Below, piece by piece: positions 40,036 to 49,859 of a stretch of 63,725 bases of DNA. Position numbers and translations under genes: made by a program. The stretch covers positions 1-63,725 of the forward strand of contig JBJKPQ010000043.1 of assembly GCA_046706305.1 (NCBI GenBank), read 5' to 3'. The notes under the pieces were generated by a model. The model saw only the letters and a list, made by a program, of their open reading frames with translations, was not told the origin of the DNA and searched no databases. The stretch comes from Bacteroidales bacterium (GTDB lineage: Bacteria > Bacteroidota > Bacteroidia > Bacteroidales > VadinHA17). Positions within the stretch are counted from its first letter, which is position 1. Each line of letters opens with the position of its first letter.

Positions 40036-40443
40036 TTATTTATATTTTCTCCCGGCCTTCCTTGTTTTTAGCCTGTCCTTTCGTCTTTTGGACTTATCTC
40101 GTGTTTTTATGTCTTTCATATTTTGTTTCATCCTGGCCTTTACTTCAGGTGTCTGAATCTCATAAGCATGTTTACGTGTATCATTAACAGATTTTTCATA
40201 TTCCTTTTTCAGTCTCTTCTGATTGGCTTCCTGTTTCCTTTTTGCTTTTGTTACAGAGCGGGGTTCCCTTACCTTTGCCTGCCTGGAAGAAGAACGTGAT
40301 TTACCGAACAAGCTGTGTTCGGTATGTTTCAATGTGTTCCTTTTAAATATCTGGGCCTCTGATGGTCCGGAGGCAAGCAGTGCAAGTATCAGGAGTAATA
40401 TTAATCTCTTCAGGCAAAATTTATCAACCATCATAAACAACAA
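40036..40443 (-). CDS. Hypothetical highly basic protein with predicted signal peptide (start uncertain)
   Basis: Hydrophobic LILLLILALLA..SEA-Q; Lys/Arg-rich helical remainder. Confidence 0.7.
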   Translation of the reverse strand: MLFMMVDKFCLKRLILLLILALLASGPSEAQIFKRNTLKHTEHSLFGKSRSSSRQAKVREPRSVTKAKRKQEANQKRLKKEYEKSVNDTRKHAYEIQTPEVKARMKQNMKDIKTRDKSKRRKDRLKTRKAGRKYK

Positions 40444-40502
40444 TAATTATTAACAGTAAACGTTAATTTCTCAACGGTAATATTAATTTTGAAAAAAAAA
40501 AT

Positions 40503-40988
40503 TTGACGATAAAATCAAATATAGCCATTTTTTCAATAGCTGCTGCGCTTATATTTTTAACAGTCTCATGCAGGAAGAGTGAGAACGATGTTATTCCCAA
40601 CACCTATGTCGATTTTACTCTTGATCTGAGCGATCCTGAGTTTGTCAGTCTCAATACCCTCGGAGGATCTGCTGCCGTTGACTCAAAAACCAATAACTGG
40701 GGACTCAGTGCTGCCGGTTTCGATGGTAACGGCATTATAATATGTTCATGGGTGGATGAGTTTTTTGCCTACGACAGGACCTGTCCGCATGATTATGTTG
40801 TCAATGGTCTCAGTGTACCGGTCAACATAGACCCATCTTCTTCGATGTTTGCCATTTGCCCCGAGTGCGGTACAAAATACGCCCTGACTGCAGGTGGGAC
40901 ACCTGCATCAGGACCGGGAAAATATCCTCTTAAAAATTATAAAACCTATTTTGACGGCAGGTTTGTAAGGGTCTGGAACAACCGATGA
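40503..40988 (+). CDS. Rieske-like lipoprotein
   Basis: Lipobox TVSC; AYDRTCPH ... CPECGTKY ... YPLKNY; TAATTTTG at 40484-40491 upstream of the TTG start. Confidence 0.8.
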   Translation: MTIKSNIAIFSIAAALIFLTVSCRKSENDVIPNTYVDFTLDLSDPEFVSLNTLGGSAAVDSKTNNWGLSAAGFDGNGIIICSWVDEFFAYDRTCPHDYVVNGLSVPVNIDPSSSMFAICPECGTKYALTAGGTPASGPGKYPLKNYKTYFDGRFVRVWNNR

Positions 40989-40997
40989 AAACCATTG

Positions 40998-41013
40998 AGC
41001 CCCTTGCGGGGCT
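40998..41013. terminator. Short GC hairpin between convergent genes
   Basis: AGCCCC-TTGC-GGGGCT; weak U tracts. Confidence 0.4.
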
Positions 41014-41019
41014 TCAGGA

Positions 41020-42435
41020 TCAATACCTGTAATGCTCCGGTTTATACGGTCCTTCAGCAGGAACGCCGATATACCCGGCCTGTTCCACCGACAATTTAGT
41101 GAGTTTTACCCCAAGCTGATCGAGATGCAACCTTGCCACTTCTTCATCGAGATATTTGGGTAACCTGTAAACACCAATTTCATAATTATTCTTCCAAAGA
41201 TCTATCTGAGCCAGTGTCTGGTTGCTGAATGAATTGCTCATCACAAAAGACGGATGCCCTGTAGCACATCCCAGGTTAACAAGTCGTCCTTCTGCCAGCA
41301 TGAAGATAGCATGACCGTCGGCAAATGAGTACTTATCAACCTGTGGTTTGATATTTATCTTTTCCACGCCTTCGGTTTCATTGAGCCTGTCGACCTGTAT
41401 TTCATTATCAAAATGCCCGATATTGCATACAATGGCCTGGTCTTTCATTTTCTTCATATGATCAACAGTGATAATATCCCTGTTACCTGTGGCGGTTACA
41501 TAAATATTACCTTCTCCGAGAGCATCTTCAACGGTCTTAACTTCAAATCCTTCCATAGATGCCTGCAGAGCACATATAGGATCTATTTCTGTTACAATGA
41601 CCCTTGCGCCATATGACCTCATCGAACGGGCACAGCCCTTACCAACATCGCCATATCCGCAAACTACAACCACCTTGCCTGCGATCATTACATCGGTTGC
41701 TCTTTTAATACCATCCGCAAGTGATTCCCTGCAACCATAAAGGTTATCAAACTTTGACTTGGTCACTGAATCGTTTACATTAATTGCCGGCACAAGCAAT
41801 TCCCCGTTTTCCATCATCTGGTAAAGGCGGTGTACCCCGGTAGTTGTTTCTTCTGATACACCTTTCAGTTCACTGACCATGGTATGCCATTTACCTGGTT
41901 CCTCCCTGAGCAAATTCTTAAGTGTCTCGAAAACAACCGCTTCTTCCCGATTGCCGGGTTTTTTGTCAAGTAGCCCAGGGTTATCCTCCACTTTATATCC
42001 CATATGAACCAACAGAGATGCATCACCCCCGTCATCAACTATCAGGTTCGGTCCCTTTCCTTCCGGAAATGACAGGGCCCGGGCTGTACACCACCAGTAT
42101 TCCTCAAGAGTTTCCCCCTTCCATGCGAAAACAGGAATCCCTCTTGCAGCAATAGCGGCGGCAGCATGATCCTGAGTTGAAAATATATTACAGCTTGCCC
42201 AGCGAACATCGGCCCCAAGTTCAGCCAGTGTTTCTATCAGGACAGCAGTCTGTATGGTCATATGTAATGAGCCGGTAATACGTGCTCCCTTAAGCGGTTT
42301 TTCAGAAGAATATTTTTTCCTGATTGCCAGCAATCCGGGCATCTCCTTTTCTGCTATCTCAATTTCTTTCCTGCCAAAATCAGCCAGTGAAATATCTTTT
42401 ACCTTGTACTGCATTATGTCTGTTTTAACGTCCAT
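41020..42435 (-). CDS. ahcY: Adenosylhomocysteinase
   Basis: [48 protein letters not shown] end; TATCTTTG on the minus strand at 42458-42465. Confidence 0.98.
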   Translation of the reverse strand: MDVKTDIMQYKVKDISLADFGRKEIEIAEKEMPGLLAIRKKYSSEKPLKGARITGSLHMTIQTAVLIETLAELGADVRWASCNIFSTQDHAAAAIAARGIPVFAWKGETLEEYWWCTARALSFPEGKGPNLIVDDGGDASLLVHMGYKVEDNPGLLDKKPGNREEAVVFETLKNLLREEPGKWHTMVSELKGVSEETTTGVHRLYQMMENGELLVPAINVNDSVTKSKFDNLYGCRESLADGIKRATDVMIAGKVVVVCGYGDVGKGCARSMRSYGARVIVTEIDPICALQASMEGFEVKTVEDALGEGNIYVTATGNRDIITVDHMKKMKDQAIVCNIGHFDNEIQVDRLNETEGVEKINIKPQVDKYSFADGHAIFMLAEGRLVNLGCATGHPSFVMSNSFSNQTLAQIDLWKNNYEIGVYRLPKYLDEEVARLHLDQLGVKLTKLSVEQAGYIGVPAEGPYKPEHYRY

Positions 42436-42482
42436 ATTGTGTTTATTTTTAAGAGTGCAAAGATAAGAAAACTATTGCTTTT

Positions 42483-43412
42483 TCAGTTGAATAATTTCAA
42501 TGTATTCTCCTTGTCAATCTCCATCTGTTCAGCCAGTTGTTTAATATTATCAAATTTCTTCTCCGACCGGAGTCTTTTTCTGAAAACAAGGGTAATATTT
42601 TGACCGTAAATATCCTTGCTGAAGCTGAGTATATGAACCTCAACCGATCTTGCCGTCCCATCCTTTCTTACCGTTGGATTAAAGCCTATACTAAGCATTC
42701 CCGGATAGGTTTTGCCACCTGTTTCGACCTCAACGGCATAAACGCCATTTCCCGGGATAAGTTTATATTTATCGGTGGTTTCAATATTAGCTGTTGGAAA
42801 ACCTATTGACCTGCCTATCCTGTGTCCCTCAACAACAACACCATCAAGCCTGTAATAATACCCAAGCCAGTTATTGGCCTTCTCAACATGACCCTGCAGT
42901 AACTCCTCACGTATTGAGGAGGAACTTATTTTGCCTTCCTCCGTCTGCAGGCCCTTGACCTGCTCAACTCCGAAATGCATTGATGCGGCGCATTCCTTTA
43001 CTGTATTGTAATTCCCCTCTCCCTGCTGTCCGAAATGGTGATCATATCCAAGAATCAGATGCTTTGTTCCTATCCTGTCTACCAGAATGTCTTTTATAAA
43101 CTCGCATGCCCCTTTTTTGCTGAACTCAAGATTGAAATCGATTATGATAAGGTGATCAATACCTGTCTTCTCCAGCAACGAGATTTTCTCCTCCATGGTA
43201 CTCAGAAAAGACAGGTTAACATGATCCTGTTCAAGAACAATCCGGGGATGTGGTGAAAAAGTGATAACAACACTATCGCCATGAGTCTCCCTCGCCCTGT
43301 TAACCAACGTTTTAAGAAGACTCCTGTGACCCCGGTGCACACCGTCAAATATTCCCATGGTTACAACCGGATTCACCAGGGTAAGATTATCATAACCTTT
43401 GTGAATTACCAT
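42483..43412 (-). CDS. ribF: Bifunctional riboflavin kinase/FAD synthetase
   Basis: GIFDGVHRGH, GYDHHFG, ISSSSIRE, GRSIGFPTAN, GVYAV. Confidence 0.97.
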   Translation of the reverse strand: MVIHKGYDNLTLVNPVVTMGIFDGVHRGHRSLLKTLVNRARETHGDSVVITFSPHPRIVLEQDHVNLSFLSTMEEKISLLEKTGIDHLIIIDFNLEFSKKGACEFIKDILVDRIGTKHLILGYDHHFGQQGEGNYNTVKECAASMHFGVEQVKGLQTEEGKISSSSIREELLQGHVEKANNWLGYYYRLDGVVVEGHRIGRSIGFPTANIETTDKYKLIPGNGVYAVEVETGGKTYPGMLSIGFNPTVRKDGTARSVEVHILSFSKDIYGQNITLVFRKRLRSEKKFDNIKQLAEQMEIDKENTLKLFN

Positions 43413-43512
43413 AAATGGGTATTATGCATGCAAAAATAGCAAAGCCGGTGGAAAGGAGGATGTATTTCGATTTTGTTTTTGTATTTTTATATTAAGATTA
43501 AGCCTGACAACC

Positions 43513-45540
43513 ATGCAAAATGAAGATTTCTATTTGGCAGACCCATGGCTTGACCCCTTTACCGGGATCATTAATGGAAGGATTGACAAATGCCTTGCCA
43601 GGGAGAGGAAGCTTACCGGGAATGATACCCTTAAAAACTTTGCAATGGGTCATTATTACTATGGCCTTCATTTTGCAGATAAAAAATGGATATTCAGGGA
43701 ATGGGCACCAAATGCTACCGGCATTTTCCTTATAGGAACATTCAACGGCTGGAAGGAAACGGAGGAATATTCAATGTCAAGGTTAAATACCTATGGTGAC
43801 TGGGAAATAATTCTCCCTGAAGATTCACTGAAGCACCGTGATCTGTTTAAAATGTCTGTACACTGGGAAGGAGGAAAGGGAGAAAGAATACCATCTTATG
43901 CAACCAGAGTGGTGCAGGATGATAAAACAAAGATCTTCAGCGCACAGGTCTGGAAACCCCGTGCCGAATACAACTGGATTGTCAACGATTTCAAGCCTTC
44001 GGAAGGTGTTCCCCTGGTCTACGAAGCTCATATAGGCATGTCGACTCCCGATGAGAAAACAGGAACATACAACGAATTCAGGGAATTTGTACTGCCCAGA
44101 ATAATAACAGCAGGATATAATACCATACAGCTGATGGCTGTACAGGAACATCCGTTCTACGGTTCATTCGGTTATCATGTATCGAGTTTTTTTGCAGCCT
44201 CATCAAGGTTCGGCTCTCCCGAGGATCTTAAGGAATTGATTGATGCAGCACACCAGGCTGGGATAAGGGTGATTATGGATCTCGTCCATTCTCATTCAGT
44301 AAGGAATGTCAACGAGGGACTTGGCCTTTTAGACGGCTCGCCCGGACAGTATTTTCATACCGGTGACAGAAGGTACCATGTAGCCTGGGACTCGCTCTGT
44401 TTCGACTATGGCAAGGATAATGTAATTCATTTCCTGTTATCCAACTGCCGTTACTGGCTTGAGGAATACAGGTTCGACGGGTTCAGGTTCGATGGTATAA
44501 CAAGTATGATATATTATGACCATGGCCTCGGTAAGAACTTTACCACATACGGTGAATATTTTGACGGCAATGAAGATGAAGATGCACTTATTTACCTGTT
44601 CCTGGCGAATAAGCTGATCCACAGTTACAATCCCGATGCATTAACCATTGCCGAAGAGATGAGCGGAATGCCGGGGCTGGCCGCCCCTACTAATAAAAAG
44701 GGATATGGTTTCGATTACAGGTTGTCAATGGGTGTTCCTGATTTCTGGATCAAGCTTATTAAGGAAAAAATGGATGAAAACTGGGATACCGGAAATATAA
44801 TGTATGAACTTACCCAGCATCGTCCTGAAGAGAGAATAATCTCCTACTGTGAATCTCACGACCAGGCCCTGGTAGGCGATAAAACTCTTATTTTCAGAAT
44901 GCTCGATGCAGAGATGTACACAGGGATGTCTAAATCGTACCACAGCTTTGTTGTTGACAGGGGAATAGCTCTTCACAAGATGATCCGGCTTATCACTTTC
45001 AGCACATCAGCCGGAGGATATCTTAATTTTATGGGCAATGAATTCGGGCATCCCGAATGGATTGATTTTCCCAGGGAAGGAAATAACTGGAGTTACAAAT
45101 ATGCACGCAGGCAATGGCAACTTGTCGATAATACCGATCTTAAATACCATTACCTTGCCAACTTCGACAGGGATATGATAAACCTGGAGAGACAGTACAG
45201 CTTTCTCGACAACCTTTATATTGACAGGATCTATGATAATAACTCAGACAAGATAATAGCATTCATGAGGGGTGATCTTCTCTTTGTGTTTAACTTCCAT
45301 CCTTCGGCCTCATACACAGATTACGGCATCCCTGTTTCCGGGAGGTTCAGGATTATCCTTGATACTGATGATGACAATTACGGCGGATTCAACAGGCTTG
45401 ACAGGAACAGGATATACCTTTCTGTCCGCAAGGCAGAGAAGAACATCGTAAGTGCCCCTTTATACCTGTACCTTTACCTTCCGTCACGAACTGCTATGGT
45501 ACACCGGAAAGAACCGGTACCGAAAGCTACAGATATTTAA
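43513..45540 (+). CDS. glgB: 1,4-alpha-glucan branching enzyme (GH13_8-like)
   Basis: FREWAPNA, YEAHIGMS, FDGFRFDGITSM, IAEEMSG, ESHDQALVGDK, GNEFGHPEWIDFPR. Confidence 0.95.
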   Translation: MQNEDFYLADPWLDPFTGIINGRIDKCLARERKLTGNDTLKNFAMGHYYYGLHFADKKWIFREWAPNATGIFLIGTFNGWKETEEYSMSRLNTYGDWEIILPEDSLKHRDLFKMSVHWEGGKGERIPSYATRVVQDDKTKIFSAQVWKPRAEYNWIVNDFKPSEGVPLVYEAHIGMSTPDEKTGTYNEFREFVLPRIITAGYNTIQLMAVQEHPFYGSFGYHVSSFFAASSRFGSPEDLKELIDAAHQAGIRVIMDLVHSHSVRNVNEGLGLLDGSPGQYFHTGDRRYHVAWDSLCFDYGKDNVIHFLLSNCRYWLEEYRFDGFRFDGITSMIYYDHGLGKNFTTYGEYFDGNEDEDALIYLFLANKLIHSYNPDALTIAEEMSGMPGLAAPTNKKGYGFDYRLSMGVPDFWIKLIKEKMDENWDTGNIMYELTQHRPEERIISYCESHDQALVGDKTLIFRMLDAEMYTGMSKSYHSFVVDRGIALHKMIRLITFSTSAGGYLNFMGNEFGHPEWIDFPREGNNWSYKYARRQWQLVDNTDLKYHYLANFDRDMINLERQYSFLDNLYIDRIYDNNSDKIIAFMRGDLLFVFNFHPSASYTDYGIPVSGRFRIILDTDDDNYGGFNRLDRNRIYLSVRKAEKNIVSAPLYLYLYLPSRTAMVHRKEPVPKATDI

Positions 45541-48500
45541 TCAATCCATCTGAGCAGGTAGAAGTCCTGTTTATGAGGCAGATCTTTATGCTTTGGGTAG
45601 ATTCTTATGCCATAAAAGAACGAACCGGCCTTCTCCGGCACCAGGCTTGCCCTGTAGAGGCATTTGCCTGATTTGCAGCTTACAAGCTCAAACTCTTCAC
45701 TTGCAACAAATTCATGTTCGCCATATTTGCCCATACGGGTTATAATAAATTCCACACCGACATTTTCTTTTGGAATATCCTTCACATCAAGGGCTATTTC
45801 AGCCTGGTAATCATGGCCCGACTTATAGACATTATCGGCCGATCTCTCAAAGCTGTAATTTACAACCTCAATATTGTCCCATCCCTCTCTCATTCTCTGT
45901 TTCCATTCAGCCATCTCTTTCGCTTTTTCGAAATTATTGGATGTAAGAGATTTACTCCTTTCAGACAACTTGGAATAGTACTTATCGTAATAATCGTCTA
46001 TCATCCTTTTCATTGTAAATTCGGGTGCAATCTTAACCATTGTATTTTTCATATGGCTTATCCATTCCACCGGGACACCCTTCTCATTAAAGGAATAATA
46101 GGCAGGGATGATCTCATATTCAAGCATGTTATATATGGTCTCAGCATCAATATCATTCTGAAGATCCTGGTTCTCAAAGGTTCTCTTCTTGGGAAGAGCC
46201 CATCCGGCAAATGCACGATATCCTTCAACCCACCATCCATCGAGCACACTGAAATGCAGTGTACCGTTCATAACGGCCTTCTCCCCGCTGGTACCTGATG
46301 CCTCGAGAGGTCTTGTAGGCGTATTCATCCATATATCCACTCCCCTGACTAGATATTTAGCCATCTCTATGTCATAGTTTTCAAGGAAAAGAACTTTCCC
46401 GGTAAACTGTGGCATTTGTGAAATTTCAAAAATGCGTTTAATCAGGTCTTTCCCTCCTCCATCGTTAGGGTGAGCCTTACCGGCATAGATGAACTGGACA
46501 GGCTTATCCGGGTTATTTACAATTCGTTCAAGCCTTTCCAGGTCGGTGAATAGCAGAGAGGCCCTCTTATAAGTGGCAAAGCGTCTTGCGAAACCGATAG
46601 TAAGAGCCTTTTCATCCAGATGGCTGCTTATGCTAAGAAGTGTATGCGGACTGACATGCTTGTCCATCATATCAGATTGCAGTCTTTTCCGGATATGGGT
46701 AAAGAGGTTGTTTTTAAGTTCTTTTTTTATCTCATATATCTTCTTATCCTCCAGAGTATAGATCTTCTCCCACATAGTCCTGTCTGCCTGGTCAAAATCC
46801 TTTTTACCAGTAAGTTCTTCATATGTATCCCTCCATTCAGGGGCTGTCCATGTAGGATGATGTACACCGTTAGTAACATATCCGATAAAAAGTTCTTCCT
46901 TAAGATATCCGGGCCAAAGCTTGTTGAACATTCCCTGGCTCACATCCCCGTGCAGTTTACTTACACCATTCATCTCCTGCGACATCCTTGCTGCCAGGAA
47001 ACTCATATTGAATTTCTTATCAGCATCATTCTCACATTGTCCGAGGGCCATCAGGTTCTCCCACGATATTGTCAGCCTCCCGGCATAATGTGAAATGTAC
47101 TTACGCAACAGATCTTCCTCGAAGGCATCATGCCCTGCGGGTACCGGTGTATGGGTTGTAAAAAGAGTTGATGATCTTACAACCTCAAGGGCCTGGTTAA
47201 ATGTAAGATGATGATCATTGATAAGTATTCTTAAACGTTCAAGGCTGATAAAAGCGGAATGACCTTCATTGCTGTGATATAACGACGGTCTCATCCCCAT
47301 GGCCTCGAGGGCTCTTATACCTCCTATCCCCAGGATGAGTTCCTGCCTGAGCCTGTTCTCATTATCACCGCCATAGAGATAGTGTGTTACAGTCCTGTCT
47401 TCAGGAAGGTTATCGTCAAAATCAGTATCGAGCAACACCAGTCTTACTTTCCCTACCATAGCTTCCCAGACCCTGATCCTGACTGTTCGTCCAGGCCATA
47501 CAAGACTTACAACCAGCTGATTATCGGAAGAGTCCTTGATCGGACTTATTGGTAAGCGTGAAAATTCTTCCGCATCATAAAGAGCCAGTTGTTCGCCTCT
47601 GGGACCGAGTTTCTGTTTAAAATAGCCATACCTGTAGAGAAGGCCGATTCCTGTTATATTAAGATTTGAATCGCTGGCTTCCTTAAGGTAATCGCCGGCG
47701 AGGATACCTAGCCCTCCTGAATATATTTTAAGGCATGGGTGTATACCGAACTCCATACTGAAATAAGCAACTGAAGGCTTTGATTCGTCAGGCCTGCGGC
47801 TCATATATGTATCAAATGCATCCTTTACATCCTGCAGGTCCGAAACAAAATCCTCATCATCCTCAAGTACAAGGAGTCTTTTGTAATCTATTTTCTCAAG
47901 CAAAAGTTTAGGATTATGCTTTACATCTTCCCAAAGAGAGGGGTCCATCCTTTTGAAAAGCACCTCTGCTTCAGTGTTCCACGACCACCACAGGTTATTG
48001 GCAAGTTCCTTAAGAGCAACCAGCCGTTCCGGCACATCACTCTGAACATAGATATCCTTCCAGACTGGTACCTGGTGGGGTTTACGCACCACCAGCCCCG
48101 GTGCTTCAACAAATTTGGCAAAGTCGCGGGGCTCTTTCCTCCTGTCCATACTGTTTTCAAGTGCCTGGACATACGCCTCGAAATAATATTTTGAGAGATT
48201 ATCCCATAATGCAATCCTTGAGATCTCATGTGCCTTTTTACGAGCATCCTCTACCTCGGCCGGGCTCAGACCTGTAAACATTGAAATAAACCGCCTTATA
48301 CTCTCGACGACCTCTTTCTCATTATCGTCTGTCCTTTCAATAACTGAAATGCCGTTACCCGGACTCCGGAAGTAATGCTTTACCCACAGGCCAAACCCCG
48401 ATAATGATGTTGTTACCGTTGGTATTGAGAACATAAGGCTCTCAAGTGGAGTATATCCCCAGGGCTCGTAATAAGATGGAAAAACAGTCAGGTCGAAACC

Positions 48501-49763
48501 TATCAGCAGGTCAAAATATGGTATATTGAATATACCGTCATTACCATTCAGGTATGACGGGACAAAAATCACTTTAACCTTTGATGATTGATCATTATTC
48601 AGGTTGTTTGCAATTATCCTTTGAATAACGGGATCTGATGCAGGGTAATGAAGACTGTGTGTCAGATATTTATCACCACTGTTAATGTTTTCACCGTTAA
48701 CAAGAATATCTTTTATGTCCTGTCGCGGGCCCTTATGATAAGCAGGTATTAGGAAAAATGCAACGCAGTCCTTCTTTGCATTCTCATTTTTATTCAGCTC
48801 ACCAAGAGAATCAATAAGGATATCCACACCTTTATTCCTGAACTCATATCTGCCGCTGTTTGCTATAAGTATAGAATCTTCAGCAAGTGAATAACCTAAA
48901 ACAGCTTCTGCCACATTTATAAGCTTCTCCCTGGCTGCCTGTCTTTTCTCATCAAATACCTCGCTGGTCGGTACAAAGGAATCCTCAAAACCGTTTGGTG
49001 TAATTACATCCACGTCCTTTACAAGGAAATGACTGCATTCTCTTGAGGTAATCTCGCTGACAGTAGTAAAAACATCTGCTTCTGCAGCTGAAATCTTTTC
49101 AAGCGATTGTTTGGCAAGTATATTATATTCACGGGCTACCTGTGCCGGAATATATTCCTTCATATTGCCGTAAAGGGGTTTGTTGTTTCCTGCAATGCAT
49201 CTCCCAAGAACAGTGGCGTGAGTTGTAAATGATGTGGCTATCCAGGATGCATTCTTTTTGAGGTATAGTATACCCGTACCTGTCATCCATTCATGAAATT
49301 GAGCAATAACGTTATGCCCGTCGTGATAGAAAGACGAAAAACTCTCTATCGTCTTGCCAACAGCATATCCGAACAGGGCAGGTTCAATATAATCCCACTG
49401 GCCAGTTAAACTGTCTAGCTTGTAAGTTTCCCAGAAACCTGCGAATATCTCGTTTTGCTGTCCGAAATAAGGAGTAAAATCGATAAGGATAACAATGGGT
49501 TTCCCGGCAATGTTCCACCTTCCCGTTTTAACCCTTAGCCCCTCTGAAGCGGCTATCGACTTCCAGTCAATAAACAGCGAATCATCGGGGATAAACTCGG
49601 GATTGGTAACATCCTCCCTCCATACATCCGGGCCTATGAGAATATAATTATTCTCACCAACTTCATTAATAACATTAAGGGCTTTGGTTGAGATGACCGT
49701 ATGAATCCCTCCTACCTTGTTACATACTTCCCAACTGGTCTCAAAAATAAAATCAACCTTCAT
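45537..49763 (-). CDS. glgP: Fused glycogen synthase (GT3) - alpha-glucan phosphorylase (GT35)
   Basis: N-terminal FETSWEVCNKVGGIHTV, FHEW, GRYEFRNKG, FPSYYEPWGYTP; C-terminal YSGGLGILAGD, FTTHTPVPAGHD, FARRFATYKR, EASGTSGEKAVMNG; one uninterrupted 1408-aa ORF. Confidence 0.93.
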   Translation of the reverse strand: MKVDFIFETSWEVCNKVGGIHTVISTKALNVINEVGENNYILIGPDVWREDVTNPEFIPDDSLFIDWKSIAASEGLRVKTGRWNIAGKPIVILIDFTPYFGQQNEIFAGFWETYKLDSLTGQWDYIEPALFGYAVGKTIESFSSFYHDGHNVIAQFHEWMTGTGILYLKKNASWIATSFTTHATVLGRCIAGNNKPLYGNMKEYIPAQVAREYNILAKQSLEKISAAEADVFTTVSEITSRECSHFLVKDVDVITPNGFEDSFVPTSEVFDEKRQAAREKLINVAEAVLGYSLAEDSILIANSGRYEFRNKGVDILIDSLGELNKNENAKKDCVAFFLIPAYHKGPRQDIKDILVNGENINSGDKYLTHSLHYPASDPVIQRIIANNLNNDQSSKVKVIFVPSYLNGNDGIFNIPYFDLLIGFDLTVFPSYYEPWGYTPLESLMFSIPTVTTSLSGFGLWVKHYFRSPGNGISVIERTDDNEKEVVESIRRFISMFTGLSPAEVEDARKKAHEISRIALWDNLSKYYFEAYVQALENSMDRRKEPRDFAKFVEAPGLVVRKPHQVPVWKDIYVQSDVPERLVALKELANNLWWSWNTEAEVLFKRMDPSLWEDVKHNPKLLLEKIDYKRLLVLEDDEDFVSDLQDVKDAFDTYMSRRPDESKPSVAYFSMEFGIHPCLKIYSGGLGILAGDYLKEASDSNLNITGIGLLYRYGYFKQKLGPRGEQLALYDAEEFSRLPISPIKDSSDNQLVVSLVWPGRTVRIRVWEAMVGKVRLVLLDTDFDDNLPEDRTVTHYLYGGDNENRLRQELILGIGGIRALEAMGMRPSLYHSNEGHSAFISLERLRILINDHHLTFNQALEVVRSSTLFTTHTPVPAGHDAFEEDLLRKYISHYAGRLTISWENLMALGQCENDADKKFNMSFLAARMSQEMNGVSKLHGDVSQGMFNKLWPGYLKEELFIGYVTNGVHHPTWTAPEWRDTYEELTGKKDFDQADRTMWEKIYTLEDKKIYEIKKELKNNLFTHIRKRLQSDMMDKHVSPHTLLSISSHLDEKALTIGFARRFATYKRASLLFTDLERLERIVNNPDKPVQFIYAGKAHPNDGGGKDLIKRIFEISQMPQFTGKVLFLENYDIEMAKYLVRGVDIWMNTPTRPLEASGTSGEKAVMNGTLHFSVLDGWWVEGYRAFAGWALPKKRTFENQDLQNDIDAETIYNMLEYEIIPAYYSFNEKGVPVEWISHMKNTMVKIAPEFTMKRMIDDYYDKYYSKLSERSKSLTSNNFEKAKEMAEWKQRMREGWDNIEVVNYSFERSADNVYKSGHDYQAEIALDVKDIPKENVGVEFIITRMGKYGEHEFVASEEFELVSCKSGKCLYRASLVPEKAGSFFYGIRIYPKHKDLPHKQDFYLLRWID

Positions 49764-49859
49764 TATATTTCGTTATTTGATTTTACATATTGTTAACTGG
49801 AAAAACGTCATCAGATTCTGACAAAGTGTAAAAACCTGATTTACTTATTATTCCAACTA

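Noticed and set aside
41020-42435. ahcY as part of the candidate quorum-sensing system (SAH recycling)
   Set aside because: It lies about 18 kb away in a housekeeping context beside ribF; no evidence of specific linkage
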